Below are positions 30,349 to 39,960 of a DNA stretch of 64,000 nt, in pieces. Both the position numbers and the translations under genes were made by a program. The DNA lies in the NCBI GenBank assembly GCA_965199825.1, contig OZ241329.1, forward strand, positions 2,624,001 through 2,688,000. The letters are read 5' to 3'. Origin of the DNA: Bdellovibrionales bacterium. Lineage in GTDB: Bacteria > Bdellovibrionota > Bdellovibrionia > Bdellovibrionales > UBA1609. Each line of letters begins with the position of its first letter. Position 1 is the first letter of the stretch. The notes beneath the pieces are model-generated. The model ran no database searches, had not been told where the DNA came from, and worked only from the letters and a program-made list of their open reading frames with translations.

Positions 30349-31734
30349 AAAATCAGATTTGATTTTTTTTAAAACTTCCTTTGGAACAAGATTTTCCCAC
30401 TTGGGATCGTTATTTTTAAGCATCTCGTGCACATCGTGGGAGTGAATCGAAGTGTCCACATCATCGCAATCGGCAAGATCAACAATGCCATCGCTCTGTT
30501 TTAAAAATTTATAAAGCGAATCAAGTGGCGGCTTTAAAAATAAAGTCTCTGAGGTCTGACAGATTTCTGCCGACTTAAAAGGGTAAACATAAAGCCTGGT
30601 CAGCTGATCGAACAATCGCGAAAATCCCTCGAGCATTCCGCCCTCAAGTTCGGTGTAATATTTTTGATCAAATAATTTTTCAAGATGAGAGGCGCCAATC
30701 ACAATGCCGATGGGCTGATCGGTGTGGCGACGAATGTAAGTTTTAAGCCCATAAAATAAAAAGAAATTTGAGATCAACACCGGATGGCCCAGGCTCGAAA
30801 GCGAATCTACTCTTTGCAAATAGTCTTTGATGTCGACTTCACCTGTCGAACTTAAATTGTGCATGGTCATTTCAAAAAGAACTTGGGGTTCCTTTTCAAG
30901 TGGCCAATCTTTTTTGATTTGGGCGACCCCCCGATTGAGAATATCCAGATTGGTCTTGGTGATCGGTCGAAAAGTTCCACGCTGCACCAGTATTGGTTTT
31001 TTAAAAAATGCGTCCGACGGTTGAAGCATATGACCATCGCCATCAAACAAAATTGCATCGGTTAGGCCACGGCGCACCAGCTCTAAACTCAACAGGCGAT
31101 TATCAAAATGTTTTACGCTTTCGCCAGTAAACGAAATCATGTCGATTTCAATTCGTTTTTGTCTTAGATGATCGGTTAGAGCATCCAAAAATTGGCTTGT
31201 ACTTTTGAGCGAGTAAAAACAAGCTTCAATCAAATTGACACCTAAAATACCAAGGGCTTCTTGTTGGGCAAGTCGAGATCGATCAAGAAGTCGCACATGC
31301 AGAATCACATCATTGGTTGGACCCAGTTCTTCGCTTTGAAACCGAAGCCCCATCCAGCCTTGCGATTGTTGAGTTGCAACGGTGTTTGCAAAAGCAAAAA
31401 AACATGTGCTCGATCCCCGCGAAGTTTTAAGACGCTCCTCAAGCAGGCTGTATTCATGCTCGAGCATTTTAAGTAAACGCTCTTTAGAAACATAGCGACC
31501 CGTCTTCCCATAAATCGCGTCACTAAAAACCATGTCATAGGCCGACATACTTTTAGCAATCGTTTGTGAGGCACGACCGGCTTGAAAAAAATGGCGAACC
31601 ACATCCTGACCCGCGCCGATTTCGGCAAAGGTGCCATAGAGTTTAGGATCAAGATTGACCTTTAAGGCTTTTTTTAATGGAGAGACATCATTTGATTTCA
31701 CAAGTCGATCATATTGACTTTTGGTGGACTCCAT
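30328..31734 (-). CDS. Conserved cytoplasmic protein, nucleotidyltransferase-like C-terminus (family often labelled nicotinate-nucleotide adenylyltransferase)
   Basis: KALKVNL...YGTFAEIGAGQ..VRHFFQAGRASQTIAKSMSAYDM and QRGTFRPIT motifs; no signal peptide. Confidence 0.65.
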   Translation of the reverse strand: MESTKSQYDRLVKSNDVSPLKKALKVNLDPKLYGTFAEIGAGQDVVRHFFQAGRASQTIAKSMSAYDMVFSDAIYGKTGRYVSKERLLKMLEHEYSLLEERLKTSRGSSTCFFAFANTVATQQSQGWMGLRFQSEELGPTNDVILHVRLLDRSRLAQQEALGILGVNLIEACFYSLKSTSQFLDALTDHLRQKRIEIDMISFTGESVKHFDNRLLSLELVRRGLTDAILFDGDGHMLQPSDAFFKKPILVQRGTFRPITKTNLDILNRGVAQIKKDWPLEKEPQVLFEMTMHNLSSTGEVDIKDYLQRVDSLSSLGHPVLISNFFLFYGLKTYIRRHTDQPIGIVIGASHLEKLFDQKYYTELEGGMLEGFSRLFDQLTRLYVYPFKSAEICQTSETLFLKPPLDSLYKFLKQSDGIVDLADCDDVDTSIHSHDVHEMLKNNDPKWENLVPKEVLKKIKSDFLFGFRS

Positions 31735-31750
31735 CAAGAATAGATCGTTA

Positions 31751-33841
31751 ATGATTAACTTTTTTATCAGTTTTTGTTTTTTGGTCTTAGGTTGGGTTGT
31801 TTTGGGCGTGCGTGTTTCGACCCCTTTGCTTGCAGCAGATGGTTTATTTGCACTCTGGCCCGCGTTTTCGCTTCGGACAAATTACGCCGCAGAATTTTTG
31901 GGCGGGACTGCGATTGACGAAATCTATGGGCGCCCTATTGTGCTGCAAATGCTTCAAACTTTGGGTGTATCAACCCTGTTTGCACTTACGCTTACCGTTT
32001 TAATGCTACAAACTGCCACAACGTGCTTATTGACCGCAGCCGCCTTTGAACAAGAAAATTTGAAAGATCGATTGATCGCCGGTTTTTTTGGCGCAGGCCT
32101 ATTTGGTTTTTTACCCGCCCTCGGATTCAGATTGTCGCGTGGGCACTTAAATTTGTTTGAAGGCTTTTGCGCTATTGCTTGTTCACTGGCACTTTATTTT
32201 TTAATCGAAAAAAAGCGAGTTAAACCATTTTACCTTATATTGGTTTTATTTGTTTTGCTCAACTGTGTTCCTTCTGGTGGTGCCCAGATTCTTTGCTACG
32301 CTGGAGTTTTTTTATTGCCGCTGCTGATTTATTTTGGATTTGCAAATCCTAAGGGGCTTGCTTCCACCGCAATCCTTTTATTTTTTGGCTTCCTTTGTAC
32401 TTTGCCCTTTTTGTATCCCATTTTAAATGCCCAAATGAATGGTGACTTCGCCCGAGGAAGTGCCAGCGAGCAGCTCGTGTACTCTTATATTTGGGAGACT
32501 TTAAAAGATTGGCAGCAATCTGTGTTTTGGTTTTTTCCGGTGGTGGATTCACCGCGAGATCTCAATTTTGCCCACGAGGTTTATTTTTCCTTTGGACCAC
32601 TTTGCTTTTTAGCTTTTATCGATAAACTTAAAACTGAAAAGTATGGTTTGGTGCTCGCACTTTTAGTCTCAACAGCGATGATGATCGGATTTTCATCTCA
32701 CATCGAAATCATCGCAAATCCTTTAATGACTTTGTTTTATCCGCTCAAGATGTTTCGGGTTCCCTCCAGGGCCGCCCTTGTGATACTTTTGGTTTTAAGT
32801 TTTTTTGCGATTCAAAGCCTTTATAAAAAACCGGAGTTCTCAAAATTTTTGCTCATTCCGTTTTTATTTGTGGTGTTTTGCCATCACTTACAAACTCTTG
32901 AAATTGTCTCGTGGCTCGTCGCACTCTCAGGATTATTTTTAAATTCACCCAAACAACGCACTTTTGTTTTGACCTCTTTAAGCCTTTTGAGTTTTCGCGC
33001 ATTTGAGTCGACCTGGTGGCCCCCTTTGACCGACATCACTGCAAGAGCCCAAGTGATTGAGCACATCAGCAATCAATTTGATCAACAGGCCCCCTATTTA
33101 AAAAAACCACTCGTGCGCACCCAATATGAATTGCCATTTTTATTCGGGATGTCGCCGGTGTTGTCGGGGGTTTCAACGCTCAATGGATATTGGTTTCCAC
33201 TCAAAAACTTTTTGGATTTGACCTCGGCGCTCCAAAATAGTGCTCCAATGCCGACCCAAATGGCCTTTGGCTTTTATAAAAACACGCCAGGCTTTAAAGT
33301 CCTAAAAGATCTTTACAATATCCAAGCGGTTGATCGTTCGGGCGCTTTGGGAAATCTAGATTTCGAATTCTTTAACGATTCAAAACCGATCTGGGCCTCC
33401 AATCGGCAAGAGAGCTTTAGCTCAATGTCAGATCTCTCAAACCAACTTAAAAATAACAACCGATTCGAAACTCAATGGACCTCGACAAAAGCGGTCTATT
33501 CCAAACATTGTCTCGAAACTCATTTTTCAGAAATCACAAATGCACAACACCAATTCAAGGTTGAAATCGACTCATCCACTGAGTGTCCAATCACACTGAG
33601 CCTGAATTATATGAGCAATGTCCAAGTTCTTAATGAGACCACTCACAAGATGATCGCAGGTTATGTGAGCGATGGTGCCTTGATCGGTTTTGTTGCTCCA
33701 CCAGGAAAAAACCAATTCAGTGTTTCATTTCCACTAGTCAGGCCGTGGTGGAGTTGGGTCATCGGTCTTTTTGGTCTTATTGCTTTTATGCTTGCTGGCC
33801 CCTTTAATTGTTTGTCGCGATTCACAAATCTGATTGACTGA
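31751..33841 (+). CDS. YfhO-like polytopic membrane protein (probable GT-C glycosyltransferase)
   Basis: About 12 TM, GHLN and FRVPSR motifs, large periplasmic domain and a final TM. Confidence 0.6.
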   Translation: MINFFISFCFLVLGWVVLGVRVSTPLLAADGLFALWPAFSLRTNYAAEFLGGTAIDEIYGRPIVLQMLQTLGVSTLFALTLTVLMLQTATTCLLTAAAFEQENLKDRLIAGFFGAGLFGFLPALGFRLSRGHLNLFEGFCAIACSLALYFLIEKKRVKPFYLILVLFVLLNCVPSGGAQILCYAGVFLLPLLIYFGFANPKGLASTAILLFFGFLCTLPFLYPILNAQMNGDFARGSASEQLVYSYIWETLKDWQQSVFWFFPVVDSPRDLNFAHEVYFSFGPLCFLAFIDKLKTEKYGLVLALLVSTAMMIGFSSHIEIIANPLMTLFYPLKMFRVPSRAALVILLVLSFFAIQSLYKKPEFSKFLLIPFLFVVFCHHLQTLEIVSWLVALSGLFLNSPKQRTFVLTSLSLLSFRAFESTWWPPLTDITARAQVIEHISNQFDQQAPYLKKPLVRTQYELPFLFGMSPVLSGVSTLNGYWFPLKNFLDLTSALQNSAPMPTQMAFGFYKNTPGFKVLKDLYNIQAVDRSGALGNLDFEFFNDSKPIWASNRQESFSSMSDLSNQLKNNNRFETQWTSTKAVYSKHCLETHFSEITNAQHQFKVEIDSSTECPITLSLNYMSNVQVLNETTHKMIAGYVSDGALIGFVAPPGKNQFSVSFPLVRPWWSWVIGLFGLIAFMLAGPFNCLSRFTNLID

Positions 33842-33862
33842 GATTTAACCTTTCCGTTTAAT
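33834..33862 (+). promoter_or_regulatory. Sigma70 promoter, apparently leaderless
   Basis: TTGACT-N17-TTTAAT-N6-ATG(33869). Confidence 0.55.
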
Positions 33863-33868
33863 CGGGGC

Positions 33869-34393
33869 ATGCTTCGACCTCTTCTTGTTTTTGTTGTGCT
33901 CCTTCTTATTGGCCTCACAAGTTACTTTGGTTTTAAAAAAGCCAATGTGGCGGTGAGGGATCAAACAGAGCCGCAAAGTCTAATGACCGAAGCCAAAGCC
34001 ACCGACATACTAGCCGAGATCAAAAAAAGCCCTCTGACCTTAGTCAATATTTGGGCAACATGGTGTGATCCCTGCCGCGAAGAATTTCCGTTTATTTTGG
34101 CGATGAGAGAAAAATATAAATCGCGTGGCCTTCAGGTCGTATTTGTTTCTGCCGATTTTTCGAGCCAGCGCTCCGAGGCCTTTCAATTCTTAAAATCCAA
34201 TCACGTCAACTTCCAGACCTTTCATAAAAACGAAGAAGATCTTAAATTTATTGAAACGCTTTATCCCCAGTGGAGTGGAGCAATTCCTGCGAGTTTGATC
34301 TTTAATCAAAGTGGTAAGTTACTTGATCACTGGCAAGGTGGCGCAACTCAAGAGCAGTTTGAAGCCGCAATCGAAAAAGCACTAAAGGGGTAA
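33869..34393 (+). CDS. TlpA/ResA-like membrane-anchored thioredoxin
   Basis: N-terminal TM; VNIWATWCDPCREEFP. Confidence 0.9.
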   Translation: MLRPLLVFVVLLLIGLTSYFGFKKANVAVRDQTEPQSLMTEAKATDILAEIKKSPLTLVNIWATWCDPCREEFPFILAMREKYKSRGLQVVFVSADFSSQRSEAFQFLKSNHVNFQTFHKNEEDLKFIETLYPQWSGAIPASLIFNQSGKLLDHWQGGATQEQFEAAIEKALKG

Positions 34394-34395
34394 CT

Positions 34396-34986
34396 ATGAA
34401 ATTGATCGCACTGTTATTTTTAATCGCAAACACGGCATGGGCCGTTCCCCAAAAGTTTGTCGACACTCAATCCGAAACTGTCACACTGCTTGATGGAAAA
34501 TCGGTAATATTTAAATCCTTAATCAAAACCAACAAGCCAACACTTATGATCTTTGGTTGCAATCATTGCCCCTACGTCAAAGCATGGAAAAGTCGGATTG
34601 CCGAATTGGGCGCAATGGCTCAACAAAAAGGGTTTAATGTTTTGATGATCAATTCGAATGACGATAAATCTGTTGCCGAAGATGACCTTAAACATATGAA
34701 TACATTTTCTTCAGAAAATCATTTTCAATTTCAATATGTGATGGATCAGACTTCGCACATCGCCAAAAAATTTGAGGCTAGCCGAACGCCCGAAGCCTAT
34801 TTATACTCGGCCTCTCAAGATTTGTTTTATCACGGCGCAATCGATGACAATGCCGATGACCAAAGTCAGGTCAAAAGCCATTTTCTAAAAGATGCGATCG
34901 AGGCTTTGAGCCTCAAAAAGTCACTCCCCAAAGACAAGAGTGAGACCAAATTTATCGGATGCTCGATTAAATTTCGTAAAGGCTAA
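34396..34986 (+). CDS. Exported thioredoxin/AhpC-TSA-like redoxin
   Basis: Signal peptide; CNHCPYV, INSND, TPE, YHGAIDD, GCSIK. Confidence 0.9.
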   Translation: MKLIALLFLIANTAWAVPQKFVDTQSETVTLLDGKSVIFKSLIKTNKPTLMIFGCNHCPYVKAWKSRIAELGAMAQQKGFNVLMINSNDDKSVAEDDLKHMNTFSSENHFQFQYVMDQTSHIAKKFEASRTPEAYLYSASQDLFYHGAIDDNADDQSQVKSHFLKDAIEALSLKKSLPKDKSETKFIGCSIKFRKG

Positions 34987-35058
34987 GACTTTGTTGAACA
35001 TATGCTTTGACCCTTAAGCGAGTCTTAAGTTAAGAGTAAACGCTTTTGGAGGTTTATT

Positions 35059-35241
35059 GTGGCAAAGAAAAAGGGCAAAGTTCGAATTATTACTCTTGAG
35101 TGCACCGAGGCTCGTAAAGAAGATAAGTCGCCTTCACGCTATACCACAATGAAAAATACCCAAACTCACCCTGAGCGGCTCGAAAAAATGAAATACAATC
35201 CCAATTTGCGCCGTCACACTTTGCACAAAGAAGTGAAGTAA
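35059..35241 (+). CDS. rpmG: 50S ribosomal protein L33, zinc-ribbon-less type
   Basis: ITLECTE...SRYTT.KN...[30 protein letters not shown]; single Cys. Confidence 0.93.
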   Translation: MAKKKGKVRIITLECTEARKEDKSPSRYTTMKNTQTHPERLEKMKYNPNLRRHTLHKEVK

Positions 35242-35257
35242 GCTAATCCCAATTTCT

Positions 35258-35662
35258 ATGGTTGATCGTCTCTCCCGTCTCGATGTTGTTGCGATGGGAC
35301 TGTCTTTTTTATGCCTGATCCATTGTCTCGCCACACCCTTTGTGTTGATTGCATGGCCTTTTTTTGGTTTTCAACAGCACGATCTGTTTCATTTAATTAT
35401 GGCGATCTTATTGTTAAGCCTGGCTCTTGTCGCTTTTTTGCGGGGCTATCGGCACCATAAAAATTTGCGTGTGGTGATTCTCGGAGCCATGGGTGTCGGA
35501 TTTTTATTTTTGGGTTTGTTTGTTGGGGAAGCCCCATTAACTTCGGTACTCACCATGGAAGCGGCGATCACTATCGTTGGTTCGTTGTTGCTCATTTTTG
35601 CCCATACCCTAAATCTTAAAGGTCATCGGGCTCATGGGTCGACCCACTCCAGCTCCACATAA
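35258..35662 (+). CDS. MerC-domain membrane protein
   Basis: LD..AMGLS.LCLIHCLATP, GYRHH, AHTLN; 4 TM. Confidence 0.85.
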   Translation: MVDRLSRLDVVAMGLSFLCLIHCLATPFVLIAWPFFGFQQHDLFHLIMAILLLSLALVAFLRGYRHHKNLRVVILGAMGVGFLFLGLFVGEAPLTSVLTMEAAITIVGSLLLIFAHTLNLKGHRAHGSTHSSST

Positions 35663-36366
35663 AGCGGAAGATGATCTGAGAGTTTGCTCCAAGGCTCCCC
35701 TTTTAAAACACGGGCCTCGTTCACTTCAAATCCACGAAAATAGATTCGGTCGAGTTTAAAAAACGGGCGCGCACTCGGAAAGCTTGCCGCATGCTCACCA
35801 AACATTTCTAAAAAGGCTTCTCTCAACTGGAGTTCTGGCCACATCAGGGGCGAGAGTTTTTCGCCCCAATCATTAAAATCACCGGCTAAGATCATCGGGC
35901 TTGCGGGTGCAAGTTTCATCTCAGCATGGATATGATCGACGATTTTGCGAATCTGTTTTTCGCGACTGCTCTCGGTTAAATCCAAATGGGCGGTAAAGGC
36001 ATGAAGGGTTTGATCGTTTTCAAAGGCCACACGAGTTGCAAGCAGACCCCGTTTTTCGAGGCGATTGTTTGTTAAATTTAAATTGTTTAGTTTAAGCAAT
36101 GGAAATCGACTTAAAATTGCATTGCCGTAGTGATCCATTTTTTGATGATTATTTTTGCCATAGGCCATGTGAGCAAAATCTTTACCGGCCAAAAATAAAA
36201 TCTGATCTTCACTTTCAGAATGAAGCCCTTTGATTTCTTGCAAAAAAACCAGATCGGCGCCGAGTTCATTAAGTGCTGTTCTGATATCAGGCAAAACGTA
36301 TTTGCGAAAAAAATTGTAACCTTTATGAATATTGTAGCTAATAATTTTTAGACTGCGGCTCTTCAT
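35632..36366 (-). CDS. Endonuclease/exonuclease/phosphatase family protein (YbhP-like)
   Basis: SYNIHKG, DLVFLQE, GNAILSRFP, LAGDFND, LDRIYFRG, LSDHLP. Confidence 0.92.
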   Translation of the reverse strand: MKSRSLKIISYNIHKGYNFFRKYVLPDIRTALNELGADLVFLQEIKGLHSESEDQILFLAGKDFAHMAYGKNNHQKMDHYGNAILSRFPLLKLNNLNLTNNRLEKRGLLATRVAFENDQTLHAFTAHLDLTESSREKQIRKIVDHIHAEMKLAPASPMILAGDFNDWGEKLSPLMWPELQLREAFLEMFGEHAASFPSARPFFKLDRIYFRGFEVNEARVLKGEPWSKLSDHLPLYVELEWVDP

Positions 36367-37424
36367 AAAAACTTTCGAACCCCCCACAACAATCGGGCAA
36401 CAACAATATAATAAAATCGAATCATTACCGATTTTGGCTGGAGTAGCTCGCGAGACACCTCAAGATCCGCCCGAAATTGATTTTCGATTTCCAAAATAGT
36501 AGGTGCTGAGTCTAAGCACACGTCACACTCAAGATCCCAAAGCCAACTGCGGTGATTCCAATTGCTTGATCCAATAAAAACTTTTGAATCCACCAATGTG
36601 ATTTTCGCATGAAGAATTGAGGGCAGATATTCATACACCTGGACTCCATCGTTTATAAAAGCTCTTAAAAGATAGTAAGACAGCGGCATCATCCATGGAA
36701 CATCTGATTGATTCGGAATCAAAATTTTGAGTTCGACTCCCCGTTTGATCAAGCCCCGCAGAACCGCCCGTTGACGGAGGGTGGGTACAAAATAGGGTGT
36801 GACAATCCAAACTCGGGTTTGGGCGCGCCGAATCGCATCAAGCCATTCTTTGTGGGCTCTGCGCCGAAGTCGAAAAGAATGATTCAACAATGTGAGTTTT
36901 GAATAAAACATTTTACTGCCAAGTTTTTTTACCCCTTTGGCAATTTTGGGTTGGGGTGGGCCAACAACTTTTGATTTGGACCAAATTTTTTCAAAAGCAA
37001 AATGAAGTCGCTCAAGCTCGATCCCCTCAAGCCGAATTCCGGTCTCGCGCCATCTAAAACTTCGGTCGGTCAAATTCAGACTGCCAAGATAGGCGATCGA
37101 TTGATCCACCATATATACTTTTTTGTGATTGCGGCGATTGATAAACAAAATTCGTCTTAAGGGATGGTAAACTCGAACTTGAATCGATGAGGGCAAGGCC
37201 CCTTTTAAAAATGACCAGGACCCTAAGCCATCAGCCAGGAGTCGAACTTTTACGCCTCGCGAGATTGCTTCTTTAAGATAAATGAGAAATTCGTCAAAAA
37301 ATCGGCCGCGATCGATAATGTAGACTTCAAGATCAACACTCGATTTTGCGTTTTTGATATCTCTTAAGAGTGAGAAATAATAAGTGTCGGCATTATGAAA
37401 GACGCGTTCGGATTTCCAGGACAT
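36363..37424 (-). CDS. clsB: Cardiolipin synthase ClsB-like phospholipase D
   Basis: Two HKD motifs (HKKVYMVD, HAKITLVD), TPYFVP, GSSN; adjacent to a YbhP-like gene. Confidence 0.8.
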   Translation of the reverse strand: MSWKSERVFHNADTYYFSLLRDIKNAKSSVDLEVYIIDRGRFFDEFLIYLKEAISRGVKVRLLADGLGSWSFLKGALPSSIQVRVYHPLRRILFINRRNHKKVYMVDQSIAYLGSLNLTDRSFRWRETGIRLEGIELERLHFAFEKIWSKSKVVGPPQPKIAKGVKKLGSKMFYSKLTLLNHSFRLRRRAHKEWLDAIRRAQTRVWIVTPYFVPTLRQRAVLRGLIKRGVELKILIPNQSDVPWMMPLSYYLLRAFINDGVQVYEYLPSILHAKITLVDSKVFIGSSNWNHRSWLWDLECDVCLDSAPTILEIENQFRADLEVSRELLQPKSVMIRFYYIVVARLLWGVRKFL

Positions 37425-37433
37425 TCAAAGATC

Positions 37434-37817
37434 TTAAGCTACTTTTAAATGAACTTCAGGTTCAAAATAAGTTTGAACAAGTAAAACGATGTCTTCGGGC
37501 TTGATGGGCTTTAAAATTACACCCTGTACCTTTTTTCTTAAAGCTTGAGTGATCTCTTTTTTATCAGCAGGTTGAGCCATCAAAAAAAATGGGATTTGAA
37601 TTTGTGAGGCTCTCATTTGATTGAGCAATTGAAGTCCCGATATCGACGGCATATCAAGCCTGCAGATCACCAGATCATAACGTCCACCACCTTTAAGCCG
37701 GTGAAGGGCCTCGACCCCAGTGGCCGACTCAAACACCCGATACCCCGCAAAACGCAGATTGAGAGCGAGTAGACTTCGAGTTTCGGTATCCATTTCAACG
37801 AGTAAAATTTCTTTCAT
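37434..37817 (-). CDS. Single-domain response regulator, atypical (DLVICRLDMP)
   Basis: Receiver pattern ILLVE, GVEAL, DLVI, MP..SGL, ILKP. Confidence 0.85.
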   Translation of the reverse strand: MKEILLVEMDTETRSLLALNLRFAGYRVFESATGVEALHRLKGGGRYDLVICRLDMPSISGLQLLNQMRASQIQIPFFLMAQPADKKEITQALRKKVQGVILKPIKPEDIVLLVQTYFEPEVHLKVA

Positions 37818-37912
37818 CTCTCTAGATTAAGGTCTTTAAAGCAAAACGAAAAGCAAAAGAATTGCCTGTGTTTCAACTTGGGAAGATAACCAAATAAAAA
37901 AGGAGTCAAAAA

Positions 37913-38875
37913 ATGTGGTGGAAAAAATTTGTGAAGCCCTCAAAAGAAGAACTTAAGAAAGTTTTGAATTCTGATCAATTTGCAATCACTCAAGGTGAGG
38001 GCACCGAGCCACCATTTGATAACGCTTATAATGACAATAAGGCCGAGGGACTTTATGTCGACGTCGTTTCTGGAGAGCCTTTATTTAGCTCAAAAGACAA
38101 ATTTGACTCGGGCACAGGTTGGCCAAGCTTTACCCGCCCAATTGAAAAGGACAGCATCGAGGAGCGCACCGATTTTAAAATGCTCTATCCGCGCACCGAG
38201 GTCCGAGCAAAACTTTCTGATTCGCACCTTGGCCATTTTTTTAATGATGGGCCCACAGGAAGTCGTTACTGCATCAATTCGGCTGCACTTCGCTTTGTAC
38301 CTAAAGAAAAACTCAAAAGCGAAAACTACGACGAATATGAAAAGGTGTTTCAAAATGAAAAGGCAATTTTTGCTGGCGGATGTTTTTGGTGTATGGAGCC
38401 GCCCTTTCGAAATGCAAAGGGAGTGCTGGATGTGATTGCGGGCTACACCGGCGGGAGCACCAAAAATCCAACCTATGAGCAAGTGTGTTCTGATCGCACG
38501 GGACATTTTGAGGCAATAAAAATTGTTTATGATCCCAATCAAATTTCATACGGTGAGCTCCTCAATATTTTTTGGGAAAATATTGATCCCACCGACCCCG
38601 GTGGACAATTTGCTGATCGCGGAACTTCCTATAAAACCGCAATTTTTTATATGAATGACGAGCAAAAATCAGAGGCCCTCAATTCAAAAGACAACTTAAC
38701 AGAATCTAAAAAATTTGATGATCCTATTGCCACCCAAATCTTAGAGGCCAAAGAGTTTTACCCCGCCGAACTCAATCATCAGAGTTATTATAAAAAAAAT
38801 CCGACACATTATGAGCGCTACAAAGTTGGATCAGGTCGAGCAGATTTTTTGGAGCAAAACTGGAATAAAAAATGA
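37913..38875 (+). CDS. msrAB: Fused methionine sulfoxide reductase MsrB-MsrA
   Basis: Msr[26 protein letters not shown], then Msr[23 protein letters not shown]. Confidence 0.95.
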   Translation: MWWKKFVKPSKEELKKVLNSDQFAITQGEGTEPPFDNAYNDNKAEGLYVDVVSGEPLFSSKDKFDSGTGWPSFTRPIEKDSIEERTDFKMLYPRTEVRAKLSDSHLGHFFNDGPTGSRYCINSAALRFVPKEKLKSENYDEYEKVFQNEKAIFAGGCFWCMEPPFRNAKGVLDVIAGYTGGSTKNPTYEQVCSDRTGHFEAIKIVYDPNQISYGELLNIFWENIDPTDPGGQFADRGTSYKTAIFYMNDEQKSEALNSKDNLTESKKFDDPIATQILEAKEFYPAELNHQSYYKKNPTHYERYKVGSGRADFLEQNWNKK

Positions 38876-39960
38876 ATGTGGCATTTGAGTCCAATTGTTT
38901 AACAGGCTCAAACCTTACCGGAATTGGTCAATACGCCAAACAGTTATTTGGAGCCCTTTCGCCCATTCTCAAACAACAAAATGGCAGCTTAAAACCTATG
39001 ATTAAAATTTCGCGTTTTGGAAAAAAAAAGCAGGTTGAAACTTTACTCCAATCAAAAGTTGGTTTGTTTCATCCCAACTTCAATTTGGGCCTTGGGGGCT
39101 TTGATCTGTTTCATGGGCCTGATTTTAGGGTTCCCTTTGTTAAAAATCTCGCCAAGGTTGTGACCATTCATGACCTTTGCGAATTCGAAGATGAATTTCA
39201 TCCAAAAGCCTTTACCCAAAAAGGAATTGCGGCAATGAAAAATATCATCTCAAAAGCCGATCCCCATTTTTTTATTGCTGACTCTGAATTTACCCGCAAA
39301 CGGCTTGAACATTATTTTCCTCAAACCATTAATCGAACAGCAGTTGTCCACTTGGGGGCTGATCATCTCAAAACAAGCTCAAAAGCTGTGGGCGCTCCTT
39401 TATTTAAACACAAATATATTTTGTATGTAGGAGCCATTGAGAAAAGAAAAAACACTCAATTTTTGATCGAGAGTTTTAAAAACTCAAATTTAGGTCAACG
39501 TGGATATCATTTGATCCTAATCGGAAAGATCGGATTTGAGGGCGAAGAGATTTTAAAAAATCTAACAGACAACATTCATTATTATGGTTTTGTGGATAAC
39601 CAAAAATTAATTGAATACTATGCCCAAGCCGAATTTTTTGTTTTTCCATCGCTTTACGAAGGATTTGGGTTTCCGATTCTAGAGGCGATGAATTTTGGAG
39701 TTCCGGTCATCACCAGTAATACCACGGCCTGCAAAGAGACCGCTTCAGATGCAGCTCTGTTGATCGATCCAAAAGATTCAAAATCACTCATTGAGGCTTT
39801 GGAGATTTTAAGTTCCTCTGCTGACCTTCGTTCACATTATAAAAACATGGGACTAAAAAGAGCTAAGGAATTTACCTGGTCACAGTGCGCGTTTCAAACT
39901 CTAGATGCCTATGATGAGACTTTAGCTTTGTTTCGTTCGCTCCAAAAAACTTATATGTGA
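38872..39960 (+). CDS. GT4 glycosyltransferase
   Basis: [36 protein letters not shown]. Confidence 0.92.
   Translation: MNVAFESNCLTGSNLTGIGQYAKQLFGALSPILKQQNGSLKPMIKISRFGKKKQVETLLQSKVGLFHPNFNLGLGGFDLFHGPDFRVPFVKNLAKVVTIHDLCEFEDEFHPKAFTQKGIAAMKNIISKADPHFFIADSEFTRKRLEHYFPQTINRTAVVHLGADHLKTSSKAVGAPLFKHKYILYVGAIEKRKNTQFLIESFKNSNLGQRGYHLILIGKIGFEGEEILKNLTDNIHYYGFVDNQKLIEYYAQAEFFVFPSLYEGFGFPILEAMNFGVPVITSNTTACKETASDAALLIDPKDSKSLIEALEILSSSADLRSHYKNMGLKRAKEFTWSQCAFQTLDAYDETLALFRSLQKTYM

Noticed and set aside
30328..31734. TonB-dependent receptor label often attached to this family
   Set aside because: No signal peptide, beta-barrel pattern or TonB box; it looks like a soluble alpha/beta protein.
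37913..38875. Selenocysteine or recoding in the Msr fusion
   Set aside because: Both catalytic sites are ordinary Cys and there is no in-frame TGA.
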